A DNA stretch of 64,000 nucleotides from a virus (Duplodnaviria > Caudoviricetes): the IMG/VR virus record IMGVR_UViG_3300035670_000009, positions 96,001 through 160,000 of that record, one strand, 5' to 3'. The translations under genes and the position numbers were made by a program. Below, one piece after another: positions 16,174-25,353 of this stretch. The notes under the pieces were generated by a model. The model made no database searches and was not told the origin of the DNA. It saw only the letters and a program-made list of their open reading frames with translations. The first letter of the stretch is position 1; the number at the start of each line of letters is the position of its first letter.

Positions 16174-18666
16174 TTACAGACTCCAGTGGAACACGCTGTC
16201 ACATAGGTCTATCGAAACTGGACAAATTTGTCCACACCCGCATTCGTCAATTGGCTGTACGCCGTCGCTGGCGCTCGGCAAAGAACTGTTAGACGTTTGA
16301 CTGCCAGAGCTAGGCTGCGCGCTGCTGGAGCTGGACTGTTGGTTGCTTGAGTCGGACTGCTCACTGCCAGAGCTAGGCTGCGCGCTGCCAGAGCTAGGCT
16401 GCGCGCTGCTGGAACCGGACTGTTGGTTGCTGGAACTGGGCTGTGTGCTGCTGGAACTGGGCTGCTCGCTGCTGGAACTGAGCTGTGTGCTGCTGGAACC
16501 GGACTGTTGGTTGCTGGAACTGGGCTGTGTGCTGCTGGAACTGGGCTGCTCGCTGCTGGAACTGAGCTGTGTGCTGCTGGAACCGGACTGTTGGTTGCTG
16601 GAACTGGGCTGTGTGCTGCCAGACGACTGACCACTAGAGACAGTGCGACTGCCAGAAGATCCGTTACATAAATTAACAGTAATCTGGCCATTGCATTCTT
16701 CGTCTACGTTGCCCTCGCAATCAACCGCCGTACCGCAAAAATCAAACACGTATTCGCACGCTGGCGCTGTTTCAGTTGTAAGCCCATATAGCGCAAGCAG
16801 CGTTTCGGTGCTAAGCGTAAAAGTCTGTGGATTTGGATCGTTTTCTTTGACGTCAAAATTCAATACAGACAAACCGTTTGCATTGAAATCCCAATTTATG
16901 CGTGATCGTTCCCCGGCCGCATTATCTGCAACAAGTACGGTTAACGTTGCTGTGTCGCCGGGACCAAACGAGTTCAAAAATTGCCCGTTTGAGTTGACGC
17001 CAAATGCGATTTGATTTGGTTCTGCGCTGCAACTACTAGAGCTGCTTGAATCGCTTGACGCACTGGAGTCACTTGATGTGCTTGACGCGCTGGAGTTACT
17101 TGACGTGCTTGAAACGCTAGAGTCGCCACTACTGCTAGCGCACGGCGGACAAGGGTCATTTTCGTTGCGATATTCTGTTACATATGCGGTTTCAAATACT
17201 CCGGTTTCACAATCAAACAATTTTGCTGTGACTGTATTTAGCGTGCCGTCGTCGCAATAATCGCGTATATCGTAAGCGCACAAACGCGACGGCTCGCCGG
17301 GAGAGCCCGCATTAATGAAATTTATCTGACGTATTACTTCTTTGCCGCAAATAGTCTCACAAAGCGTTCCAGCAATGCCGTCAGTGCAATTTGTTGGGTT
17401 ATCTTCTTCAGACCACACCGGGCATTCGCAAGAAGAGCTACTACTGCTTGACGATTCGCGGCTGCTGCTTACAGCGCTTGATTGACTTGAGCTATAGTCA
17501 GAGCTTTTTTCTTCTGAGCTTTTTTCAGTACTCGATTTTTCGCTCGAATCCGAACTGGATTGGTCGCTAGATCCCGAACTGGATTGGTCGCTAGACCCCG
17601 AACTGGATTGGTCGCTAGATCCCGAACTGGATTGATCGCTAGATCCCGAACTGGATTGATTGCTTGAGCCTGAACTTGTGTCGCTTGAACTTTCTGGCGG
17701 ACACGGTACTTCTACTTTTGGTAGTGCTCTAAACGCGCACGCTTGAGAATCGTAATAGAACGGCTGTACGCTTTTTAATGCCGGGCCGTTTGCCGTGCAT
17801 GTTGAGCACCATTCGTAAACTGTGTACGAGGCTACGCAACCAGCTGTAGAGTCGGAAAAACCGCTTCCCCGGCGTAGTGGCACAACAAAGCCGCAAACAA
17901 AACCAAGTTCATCTTGGCTTGCGTCACTAACGGCGCTTGTACAGTCGCAACCGCTGCTACTGCTCGTGCCACTTGACTGGCCGGAGCCGCTGCTTCCGCT
18001 GCCATCAGGACACGACCCAAAAATCAGCTCGATTGGTGTCCACGAGCACGTTGCGGGGTCAAACGTGTAAGACACTAAACCATATTGACTACCATCAGCG
18101 CAAAGCAAAGGTTCGCCAGGCGGTGCGGGCGGGGGTGGAAAACAATTGCAGGCTTGCCCGCACTCTTCTAGTGTTGCGCCCGGCGCTTCTTTTCCGACGC
18201 ACTGGCCGTCTACGCAATCGTAGCCGCCGGGCTCGACGCAATTTCCGTCAACTAAAATTGTCCCTGGCGGGCAATAGCAGTTGCAGTTTTGTGGCGCGCG
18301 TAATTGATTTCCAGGACACGGCTCATCTGGACACACGCAATTGCAATCTTCGTCTAGCGTTTTTCCTTCAGGACATTCGTTCGGACAAACGCAATTGCAT
18401 TCTTCGTCGTGTTCTTTTCCTTCGGGGCACTCGTCCGCGCAAACGCAGTTGCACTCAGCGTCGTGCGATTTGCCGTCAGGGCACGGTTCGCCCGGACAAA
18501 TACACTCGCACTCTGCTGTCAGTGTGCGCGGCTCAGCGCACGCATCTGCGTCTGGGCAGGTGCATTCTGGGCTGTCCGGATCCAGTTCGCCGCAGGCGCA
18601 CTGACACGCGCGCGCCGTTGGCGAACACGCAAAACCGGCACAATCATTGACGAAACGACACGGCAT
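16174..18666 (-). CDS. Cys-rich/Ser-rich repetitive protein (putative fibre/adhesin)
   Basis: 830-aa ORF; N-terminal CxCxxxCxxGxxxDxxC repeats, SSDQSSSG and SSxQPSS repeats. Confidence 0.75.
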   Translation of the reverse strand: MPCRFVNDCAGFACSPTARACQCACGELDPDSPECTCPDADACAEPRTLTAECECICPGEPCPDGKSHDAECNCVCADECPEGKEHDEECNCVCPNECPEGKTLDEDCNCVCPDEPCPGNQLRAPQNCNCYCPPGTILVDGNCVEPGGYDCVDGQCVGKEAPGATLEECGQACNCFPPPPAPPGEPLLCADGSQYGLVSYTFDPATCSWTPIELIFGSCPDGSGSSGSGQSSGTSSSSGCDCTSAVSDASQDELGFVCGFVVPLRRGSGFSDSTAGCVASYTVYEWCSTCTANGPALKSVQPFYYDSQACAFRALPKVEVPCPPESSSDTSSGSSNQSSSGSSDQSSSGSSDQSSSGSSDQSSSGSSDQSSSDSSEKSSTEKSSEEKSSDYSSSQSSAVSSSRESSSSSSSSCECPVWSEEDNPTNCTDGIAGTLCETICGKEVIRQINFINAGSPGEPSRLCAYDIRDYCDDGTLNTVTAKLFDCETGVFETAYVTEYRNENDPCPPCASSSGDSSVSSTSSNSSASSTSSDSSASSDSSSSSSCSAEPNQIAFGVNSNGQFLNSFGPGDTATLTVLVADNAAGERSRINWDFNANGLSVLNFDVKENDPNPQTFTLSTETLLALYGLTTETAPACEYVFDFCGTAVDCEGNVDEECNGQITVNLCNGSSGSRTVSSGQSSGSTQPSSSNQQSGSSSTQLSSSSEQPSSSSTQPSSSNQQSGSSSTQLSSSSEQPSSSSTQPSSSNQQSGSSSAQPSSGSAQPSSGSEQSDSSNQQSSSSSAQPSSGSQTSNSSLPSASDGVQPIDECGCGQICPVSIDLCDSVFHWSL
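16290..16630 (-). repeat. In-frame 21/63-nt tandem repeats encoding SSxQPSSS-type units
   Basis: ctggaaccggactgttggttgctggaactgggctgtgtgctg recurs three times, plus shorter variants. Confidence 0.85.
17550..17669 (-). repeat. Five tandem 24-nt repeats (SSDQSSSG)
   Basis: ccgaactggattggtcgctagatc-like unit, contiguous. Confidence 0.88.
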
Positions 18667-18698
18667 AGTATCACGATCGCGGCAGTGCGTTATTTACG

Positions 18699-20702
18699 TT
18701 AATTGTCACAAATGTAGATCGGCGGCGTTTCGTTAGTTGGCGCGGCGGTCATCGCAAACACGCAACCGCCATTAGAGCAAATTTGACCCGACGGACAACC
18801 AGGTACGGGGCTGGTGCAGTTCGGATCGTTTGCTGTGTCGCAATGGTAGCAGTCGGAACGAATCTGCGGACAGCATCTGCTAGCGCCGACGTCGCCCGCG
18901 CCCGGAAGTGGAATAGTATTGTTTGGGCAACAGTAAAAATCGCCGGTACCGTTACCAACGGCACCGGCATAACCATAACCTGCCGGGCAGCCAGGGCTAG
19001 GCACGCCACTGTTTAGGTCATATGTAACAATAATAGCGCCAGTCGTCGGTATGCATTCTCCGTCAAGACAACACAACGTGTCACAATCAAGACCAGTAAT
19101 GCAACCAGCGCTGCCCGAAGAAGAGCTATCCGAACTGTCTGACGACGACGAAGAAGAGCACGGTTCGCATTCGCCGTTGTTGCAGCATTCTCCGTCTTTA
19201 CAACATGTATCTCCACACACTTGTTCTTCGGGGCAGCACACCCAACCACCCGGCGGTGCGCTGCTCGACGGCGTTGAACTACTCGGCACAGAACTGCTGG
19301 GCGTAGAACTACTTGGCGCAGAGCTGCTAGATGTAGAGCTGTCTGAAGAACTATCAGAGCTGTCTGACGACGAAGAAGAAGAGCACGGCCCGCATTCGCC
19401 GTCATTGCAACATTCACCTTCTTTGCAGCAGGTGTCGCCGCACACTTGTTCTTCGGGGCAGCACACCCAACCGCCCGGCGGCGCGCTGCTCGACGGCGCA
19501 GAACTGCTAGGTACCGAACTGCTAGGTACCGAACTGCTGGGTACCGAACTGCTGGGTGCAGAACTGCTAGGTACCGAACTGCTGGGTGCAGAACTGCTAG
19601 GTACCGAACTGCTAGGTACCGAACTGCTAGGTACCGAACTGCTGGGTACCGAACTGCTGGGTGCAGAACTGCTAGGTACCGAACTGCTGGGTACCGAACT
19701 GCTGGGTGCAGAACTGCTAGGTACCGAACTGCTAGGTACCGAACTGCTGGGTGCAGAGCTACTTGGCGCAGAACTGCTGGGTGCAGAACTGCTGGGTGCA
19801 GAGCTACTTGGCGCAGAGCTACTTGGTGTCGAGCTGCTGGGTGTCGAGCTACTTTGGTCTGAGCTGCTTGCGATCGAGCTGCTGGGTACCGAACTGCTGG
19901 GTGCAGAGCTGCTGGGTGTCGAGCTACTTTGGTCTGAGCTGCTTGCGATCGAGCTGCTGGGTACCGAACTGCTGGGTGCAGAGCTGCTGGGTGTCGAGCT
20001 ACTTTGGTCTGAGCTGCTTGCGATCGAGCTGCTGGGTACCGAACTGCTGGGTGCAGAGCTACTTGGTGTCGAGCTGCTGGGTGTCGAGCTACTTTGGTCT
20101 GAGCTGCTGGGAGTTGAACTGCTTTCGTCTGAACTGCTAACGGAACTGCTAAGTCCTGAACTGCTAACGGAACTGCTAAGTCCTGAACTGCTAGATTCCA
20201 CGCTGCTTGACAAAGAGCTGCTGGAATCCAGGCTGCTAGACAAAGAACTGCTAGATTCCACGCTGCTTGAAATGGAGCTGCTGGAGTCCGAGCTGCTTGA
20301 AATGGAGCTGCTGGAGTCCGAGCTGCTTGAAATGGAGCTGCTGGATTCCGAACTGCTGGATTCTGAACTACTCGAAATAGAGCTGCTGGAGTCCGAGCTG
20401 CTTGAAATGGAGCTGCTGGATTCTGAACTGCTGGAGTCCGAGCTGCTTGAAATGGAGCTGCTGGATTCTGAACTGCTGGATTCTGAACTACTCGAAATAG
20501 AGCTGCTGGATTCTGAACTACTCGAAATAGAGCTGCTGGAGTCCGAGCTGCTTGAAATGGAGCTGCTGGATTCCGAACTGCTGGATTCTGAACTACTCGA
20601 AATAGAGCTGCTGGAAGACGATGACGAACAACAACAGGCTGCGCTGATTGCGAGACTGCCAGCAAACGCTAAAAGCTTATTGTTGTACGTGTAAAGAGGC
20701 AT
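18699..20702 (-). CDS. Mucin-like Ser/Pro-rich protein with duplicated Cys-rich module (putative fibre)
   Basis: 667-aa ORF; SSSxP and SSSES repeats, two GGWVCCPEEQVCGDTCCK.GECCN.GEC modules; non-repetitive N- and C-termini read sensibly only in this frame. Confidence 0.75.
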   Translation of the reverse strand: MPLYTYNNKLLAFAGSLAISAACCCSSSSSSSSISSSSESSSSESSSSISSSSDSSSSISSSSESSSSISSSSESSSSESSSSISSSSDSSSSESSSSISSSSDSSSSISSSSESSSSESSSSISSSSDSSSSISSSSDSSSSISSSVESSSSLSSSLDSSSSLSSSVESSSSGLSSSVSSSGLSSSVSSSDESSSTPSSSDQSSSTPSSSTPSSSAPSSSVPSSSIASSSDQSSSTPSSSAPSSSVPSSSIASSSDQSSSTPSSSAPSSSVPSSSIASSSDQSSSTPSSSTPSSSAPSSSAPSSSAPSSSAPSSSAPSSSVPSSSVPSSSAPSSSVPSSSVPSSSAPSSSVPSSSVPSSSVPSSSVPSSSAPSSSVPSSSAPSSSVPSSSVPSSSVPSSSAPSSSAPPGGWVCCPEEQVCGDTCCKEGECCNDGECGPCSSSSSSDSSDSSSDSSTSSSSAPSSSTPSSSVPSSSTPSSSAPPGGWVCCPEEQVCGDTCCKDGECCNNGECEPCSSSSSSDSSDSSSSGSAGCITGLDCDTLCCLDGECIPTTGAIIVTYDLNSGVPSPGCPAGYGYAGAVGNGTGDFYCCPNNTIPLPGAGDVGASRCCPQIRSDCYHCDTANDPNCTSPVPGCPSGQICSNGGCVFAMTAAPTNETPPIYICDN
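19501..20620 (-). repeat. Nested Ser-rich microsatellite-like arrays: 15-nt (SSSVP/SSSAP), 60-nt and SSSES/SSSIS units
   Basis: gaactgct(a/g)ggtacc and gaactgctgggtgca repeated more than 20 times at 19501-19830; 60-nt units at about 19840-20080. Confidence 0.9.
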
Positions 20703-20738
20703 GGCGATTGCAAACTAATGCTGCGAAACACATTTGGT

Positions 20739-23627
20739 TTAATAGCCGCCACCGCCGCCACCGCCGCCCTCAGTCTCGCACGACGTTGTGTTAAGTGAGA
20801 TGGTCGCAGTAATTTCCTTTTCGCATCCGTCAGTAACAGAAATAGTGCCGGAGCCATATTCGCCAAGATCGATAGCGCCGCCGCTGTATGTGGGCGGTTC
20901 TGGAATGCGAATGTCGATGTTGATGCGCTGCACGCCATTTTCGTCGGGTTCGTCAATCGTGACATCGCACGTGGGACCGCCCGTGCAGATTGTGTACTCG
21001 CACACGATATCGCCAACTTCTAGCGTAGTGCGTTTAGGCACGCCGATATCTAGGTCGATATCGAAAATGCATTGACCACTAGGTCCAGTGGTTGGTGTAA
21101 TTGTGAGCGCGCCGGTCGGCTCTTCAGCTGAGTAGATGCTGAGGTTGCCAGAGATCTCTGGACATAAAGGCGCAGGCACGCCAATGTCGAGATCAATGTC
21201 GAAAATACACTGACCACTAGGTCCAGTGGTTGGTGTAATGGTCAGAACGCCGGTTGGCGTTGGATTTTGATAAACACTCAGGTTGCCAGAAATCTCTGGA
21301 CATAATGGCGCGGGCACACCAATATCTAAGTCGATATCGAAAATACACTGACCACTGGGTCCAGTGGTTGGTGTAATGGTCAGAACGCCGGTTGGCGTTG
21401 GATTCTGATAAACACTCAGGTTGCCAGAAATCTCTGGGCACGGCGGTGCAGGAACGCCAATGTCGAGATCAATGTCGAAAATACACTGACCACTAGGTCC
21501 AGTGGTCGGTGTAATGGTCAGAACGCCGGTTGGTTCAGGCTCAGGCGTGCGATAGACATTGAGCGTGCCAGAGATCTCTGGACATAAAGGCGCAGGCACG
21601 CCAATGTCGAGATCAATGTCGAAAATACACTGACCACTAGGTCCAGTGGTTGGTGTAATGGTCAGAACGCCGGTTGGCGTTGGATTTTGATAAACACTCA
21701 GGTTGCCAGAAATCTCTGGACATAATGGCGCGGGCACACCAATGTCGAGATCAATGTCGAAAATACACTGACCACTAGGTCCAGTGGTTGGTGTAATGGT
21801 CAGAACGCCGGTTGGTTCAGGCTCAGGCGTGCGATAGACATTGAGCGTGCCAGAAATCTCTGGGCACGGCGGTGCAGGAACGCCAATGTCGAGATCGAGT
21901 TCTAGTTCGCACGTTGGCGGATTGTCGCAATCCCCTTCAGTGCTGTTATCGGTAACGATTACGTTTATGTACGGCGGGCCTGTGACCAGTTCAATAACGC
22001 CAGTCGCCGTCAAGGTCGTACAGACTGGCCGCGGAATTGGAATGGGCAGGTCAAGGTCGATTGTGAATTCACACAGTTCTTTGTCGGGATCATCGCAATC
22101 GGCTGGGACAGGCGTTTTCGTAACGCGTAACGCGCCGGTTGCGCCACTGAGGCAATCTTGATATTCCGTTACAATCTCCACCACGCCTGCTTTTATTTCA
22201 GGGCACGGCGGTCGCGGAACCGGAATATCTAACTCCAGATTGATGGCGAAACGACACTCGCCATCTCCGTTGCCGCCATCGCTGTCGCAATCAGGCGGTG
22301 TTTCAGTGGTTGTAATCCAGAGTGAATTTCGCGGTTCGATGCAATCGTCGTAATCGACGTTGACACTGACTACGCCCGCCTCAATCACAGGGCACGGCGG
22401 GCGCGGAATTGGAATGTCTAAATCGAGATTGATGGCGAAACGACATTCGCCATCGCCGTTGCTGCCATCGCTGGCGCAATCGGGCGATGTTTCAGTGGTT
22501 GTAATCCAAAGCGAATTTCGCGGTTCGATGCAATCTTCGTAGTCAGTGGTGACGCTGACTACGCCCGCCTCAATCACGGGACACGGCGGCCGCGGGATCG
22601 GAATATTGAGATCAAGATTGATGGCAAAACGACATTCGCCGTCGCCGGTGCTGCCGTCGCTGTTGCAATCAGGCGGTGTTTCAGTGGTTGTAATCCAGAG
22701 TGAATTTCGCGGTTCGATGCAGTCGTCGTAGCCAGCGTTGACGTTTACTACGCCCGCTTCAATTACAGGGCATGGCGGCCGAGGTATCGGAATATCAAGA
22801 TCGAGATTAATTGCGAAGCGACATTCGCCGTCGCCGTCACTGCCTTCGCAACCCAATGAAGGTTCGGTAGCTGTAATCCAAAGCGAATTTCGCGGCGCGA
22901 TGCAGTCTTCGTAATCCGCGGTAACACTGATAACGCCCGCTTCAATTACAGGGCACGGCGGGCGCGGAATTGGAATGTCTAAATCGAGATTGATGGCGAA
23001 ACGACATTCGCCATCGCCGCCTTCGCAGTTAGGCGGCGGATCGACCGCAGTTACCCAAAGCGAATTTCGCGGCTCAATGCAGTCGGCGTAATCCGCGTTC
23101 ACCGTCAAACTGCCGCCTTCAATTACCGGGCACGGTGGTCGCGGAATAGGAATCGTGAGATCGAGATCGATCTCAAACTTGCAGTTTGTTTCTTCGCCGT
23201 TACTGCAAGACGCGGGAAGTTTGGTGACAAGAATAACGCCTGTTGGTCCGCCCTCGATACAGTCGTCGTAGCCAGTTGTAATAGAGACGTCGCCGCCAAA
23301 AATAGTCGGACAAGGTACTGGCGGCAGCGGCACTTTGATGTCGAGGTCAATAAAGAACCTGCACGGCTCTTCGCTGACTTTGGTGACTACAGCTACGCTC
23401 GGTTCGCTTGATTCAGAGCACGAATTGGGCGGGCGCACGTCTACGACGACGCGTGTTTCAAACTCCGGGCACAGCGGCGGAGGAGGGTCGCGCACTACGA
23501 CCGGCAACGGGCAATCGAAAATCGGCGGCGGCGGTTCTTTGATCGAGCATTCAGAAACAAAATCAAAGTCGAGACTCGGCACAGAGTCGACGTTGCATTT
23601 GTCTGGATCAAAAAGCGGCGTGCTCAT
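20739..23627 (-). CDS. Pro/Cys-rich tandem-repeat protein (putative long fibre)
   Basis: 962-aa ORF with about 15 modules of CP-x-I-x-G...C-x-F-x-I-D-L-D-I-x-V-P-x-P. Confidence 0.8.
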   Translation of the reverse strand: MSTPLFDPDKCNVDSVPSLDFDFVSECSIKEPPPPIFDCPLPVVVRDPPPPLCPEFETRVVVDVRPPNSCSESSEPSVAVVTKVSEEPCRFFIDLDIKVPLPPVPCPTIFGGDVSITTGYDDCIEGGPTGVILVTKLPASCSNGEETNCKFEIDLDLTIPIPRPPCPVIEGGSLTVNADYADCIEPRNSLWVTAVDPPPNCEGGDGECRFAINLDLDIPIPRPPCPVIEAGVISVTADYEDCIAPRNSLWITATEPSLGCEGSDGDGECRFAINLDLDIPIPRPPCPVIEAGVVNVNAGYDDCIEPRNSLWITTTETPPDCNSDGSTGDGECRFAINLDLNIPIPRPPCPVIEAGVVSVTTDYEDCIEPRNSLWITTTETSPDCASDGSNGDGECRFAINLDLDIPIPRPPCPVIEAGVVSVNVDYDDCIEPRNSLWITTTETPPDCDSDGGNGDGECRFAINLELDIPVPRPPCPEIKAGVVEIVTEYQDCLSGATGALRVTKTPVPADCDDPDKELCEFTIDLDLPIPIPRPVCTTLTATGVIELVTGPPYINVIVTDNSTEGDCDNPPTCELELDLDIGVPAPPCPEISGTLNVYRTPEPEPTGVLTITPTTGPSGQCIFDIDLDIGVPAPLCPEISGNLSVYQNPTPTGVLTITPTTGPSGQCIFDIDLDIGVPAPLCPEISGTLNVYRTPEPEPTGVLTITPTTGPSGQCIFDIDLDIGVPAPPCPEISGNLSVYQNPTPTGVLTITPTTGPSGQCIFDIDLDIGVPAPLCPEISGNLSVYQNPTPTGVLTITPTTGPSGQCIFDIDLDIGVPAPLCPEISGNLSIYSAEEPTGALTITPTTGPSGQCIFDIDLDIGVPKRTTLEVGDIVCEYTICTGGPTCDVTIDEPDENGVQRINIDIRIPEPPTYSGGAIDLGEYGSGTISVTDGCEKEITATISLNTTSCETEGGGGGGGGY
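21036..21866 (-). repeat. Six tandem 138-144-nt near-identical repeats (type B module)
   Basis: CPEISG...PTGVLTITPTTGPSGQCIFDIDLDIGVPAP x6. Confidence 0.92.
22206..23132 (-). repeat. Five tandem ~180-nt repeats (type A module)
   Basis: CPVIE(A/G)G...DCI(E/A)PRNSLW...GDGECRFAINLDLDIPIPRPP x5. Confidence 0.9.
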
Positions 23628-23630
23628 GGT

Positions 23631-24569
23631 TTACGTTCCGCAATTGCCGACGAGATTGTTTTGAGCCACCGCTATGGTTACCGTTTTCGTGGCGCCGTCG
23701 GTGGTTACAGTAATGCCTGTACCGCCGACGATATTGACATTAGCGCCACCAATGCCGTTAATGGCGGAAATCGTTTGATTGCACGCCGGGCCGCCGCTGT
23801 AGAACCCAGTTACCTCATCGAACGGCTCTCCGTCGTAGAGCGGCACTTCGCCGCCGTGCTCGCACAGTTCGCTGTTCGTAACGTCTCCCGCGCCTTTTTC
23901 TGCGCCGACGCGAATATCGTTTAGTCGGTCGGTCTGCCTGATGCGGCAGTTCGCGCCCTCTTTGAAACGTAGCGCGCCCTGCATGCACTCGGCGTTCACT
24001 ACGATATCCGTCTCAGCCTCGCCTGGTTCTTGGCACTCTTCGGGTGGCAATGCGTAAACACGCGGGAGGTTTCCCAAATTGATCGATCGCGCGTAGCTTT
24101 TAACCAGACTCTGAACACGGCCGGGCTCGAGCGTCCGTTCTTTTTCTGGATAAGTCAGGGTGTCGCCATTTTCGCTAAGCAGCGCGACCAGCTCGGCAAG
24201 CGGGCCTGGCGTCAAAAATCCGTCCCAAATTGGTTCAGGGTTGCAGGCCGGGTTAACAGTGTCGGCAGCCGCGGATTCACCGAATGCGGTCGACCACTCG
24301 GCGTCGGTTTCAGGACACTCAAAACGCAACGGGACGTTCACAGCACCAGGCGCGTCGGTTGCGAATACAAACTGCACAACGCCGTCTGCGCGGCTAATCT
24401 CTGCAAGCCACACTGCGTGTTGTCCTTGCTCAAAGCCGCTATCTAAACCCATGATAATCCCGCAATCCACGACAGCCGACAGCGGCAATAGCGTGCCGAA
24501 ATAGTCGGATTTGTAGACAAACGGATATGCGCGATATTCGTTATCGTTGTAAAACCCAGGACGCGGCAT
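23631..24569 (-). CDS. Putative baseplate/fibre-attachment protein, paralog family member
   Basis: N-terminal YNDNEYRAYPF and C-terminal ISAINGI motifs shared with neighbours. Confidence 0.7.
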   Translation of the reverse strand: MPRPGFYNDNEYRAYPFVYKSDYFGTLLPLSAVVDCGIIMGLDSGFEQGQHAVWLAEISRADGVVQFVFATDAPGAVNVPLRFECPETDAEWSTAFGESAAADTVNPACNPEPIWDGFLTPGPLAELVALLSENGDTLTYPEKERTLEPGRVQSLVKSYARSINLGNLPRVYALPPEECQEPGEAETDIVVNAECMQGALRFKEGANCRIRQTDRLNDIRVGAEKGAGDVTNSELCEHGGEVPLYDGEPFDEVTGFYSGGPACNQTISAINGIGGANVNIVGGTGITVTTDGATKTVTIAVAQNNLVGNCGT

Positions 24570-24570
24570 T

Positions 24571-25353
24571 TCACACCACCTTTTTACCGACCGTGTCTAT
24601 TTTTATAGCGCCATCCTGCGTGTAAACGCGCAGAACGGTATCTACGGCCCCGTGATTGGCTGCAGTGATATTGAAATTACCGTACTCGTCTGGTCCGCAA
24701 GGCACGCCATCCACTGTAAACGTTTGGAGAAACGTCCGCGGCACAAAGCGGTTCAGCTCGTCGCAGACGTAACGGCTAAAGAGCGGCTCGCCAATGATAT
24801 CTATCCGAATTGTGGTGGCGTCTTCTTTGCGAAGCACCACGCCACGGCCGCCAACCAGCCACACGTCGCCGGTAAGTAACGGCCCGTCGATGGTTTTAAG
24901 CGCCCGCACGCCCGGTTCCTTGGCTGGAATTACAACGCTAGAAACGAACTCTGTCGCTGTTGCTGAAAACGTGTGTGTTTCTGTTGGCCAGCCGGAAAAC
25001 CGGGCCAACCCAAACGGCGCGGCGAGAAGCACGCCCGCCGGACGACCGAATGCGTCAGAAAGCGCTAGAGCGCCGTCAGCGGGCGGCGCGAGCGGGTTGA
25101 AGCTCGCTGTAGCGCGATTGCGATCGGCGGCGTCGCCCACGCTGATTGTGACGAGTTGCGCCGTCACGGAAATGGCCGAAATGTACGCCTGGCGTTCGCC
25201 GCCAATGGTGTAAAGTGTCGCGTCGAAAAAAGTGTCTCGACCAATGTCCAGACGTCGTTCGGCCGACAAGAGAGTCGCCCGATCCGAAAACGGATAACGC
25301 GAATCAGCTTGTTCGTCCCGAAACTGGGGATAAAGGATACGCGCGCCGCTCAT
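24571..25353 (-). CDS. Putative baseplate/fibre-attachment protein, paralog family member
   Basis: N-terminal FRDEQADSRYPF; GPDEYGNFNI motif. Confidence 0.7.
   Translation of the reverse strand: MSGARILYPQFRDEQADSRYPFSDRATLLSAERRLDIGRDTFFDATLYTIGGERQAYISAISVTAQLVTISVGDAADRNRATASFNPLAPPADGALALSDAFGRPAGVLLAAPFGLARFSGWPTETHTFSATATEFVSSVVIPAKEPGVRALKTIDGPLLTGDVWLVGGRGVVLRKEDATTIRIDIIGEPLFSRYVCDELNRFVPRTFLQTFTVDGVPCGPDEYGNFNITAANHGAVDTVLRVYTQDGAIKIDTVGKKVV

Noticed and set aside
19051-20694. 547-aa plus-strand ELL-repeat ORF (and the 550-aa alternative minus-frame ORF 19013..20665)
   Set aside because: Shadow frames of the Ser-rich repeat gene, because low-complexity repeats lack stops. Only the 18699..20702 frame gives sensible non-repetitive termini and operon tiling.
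16290-23132. Tandem repeat arrays considered as CRISPR arrays
   Set aside because: Repeats are contiguous, in-frame and protein-coding, with no unique spacers and no cas genes.
21036-23132. Near-identical repeats considered as a diversity-generating retroelement TR/VR pair
   Set aside because: No reverse transcriptase in the window; differences are mostly synonymous or whole sub-variant swaps rather than adenine-specific.
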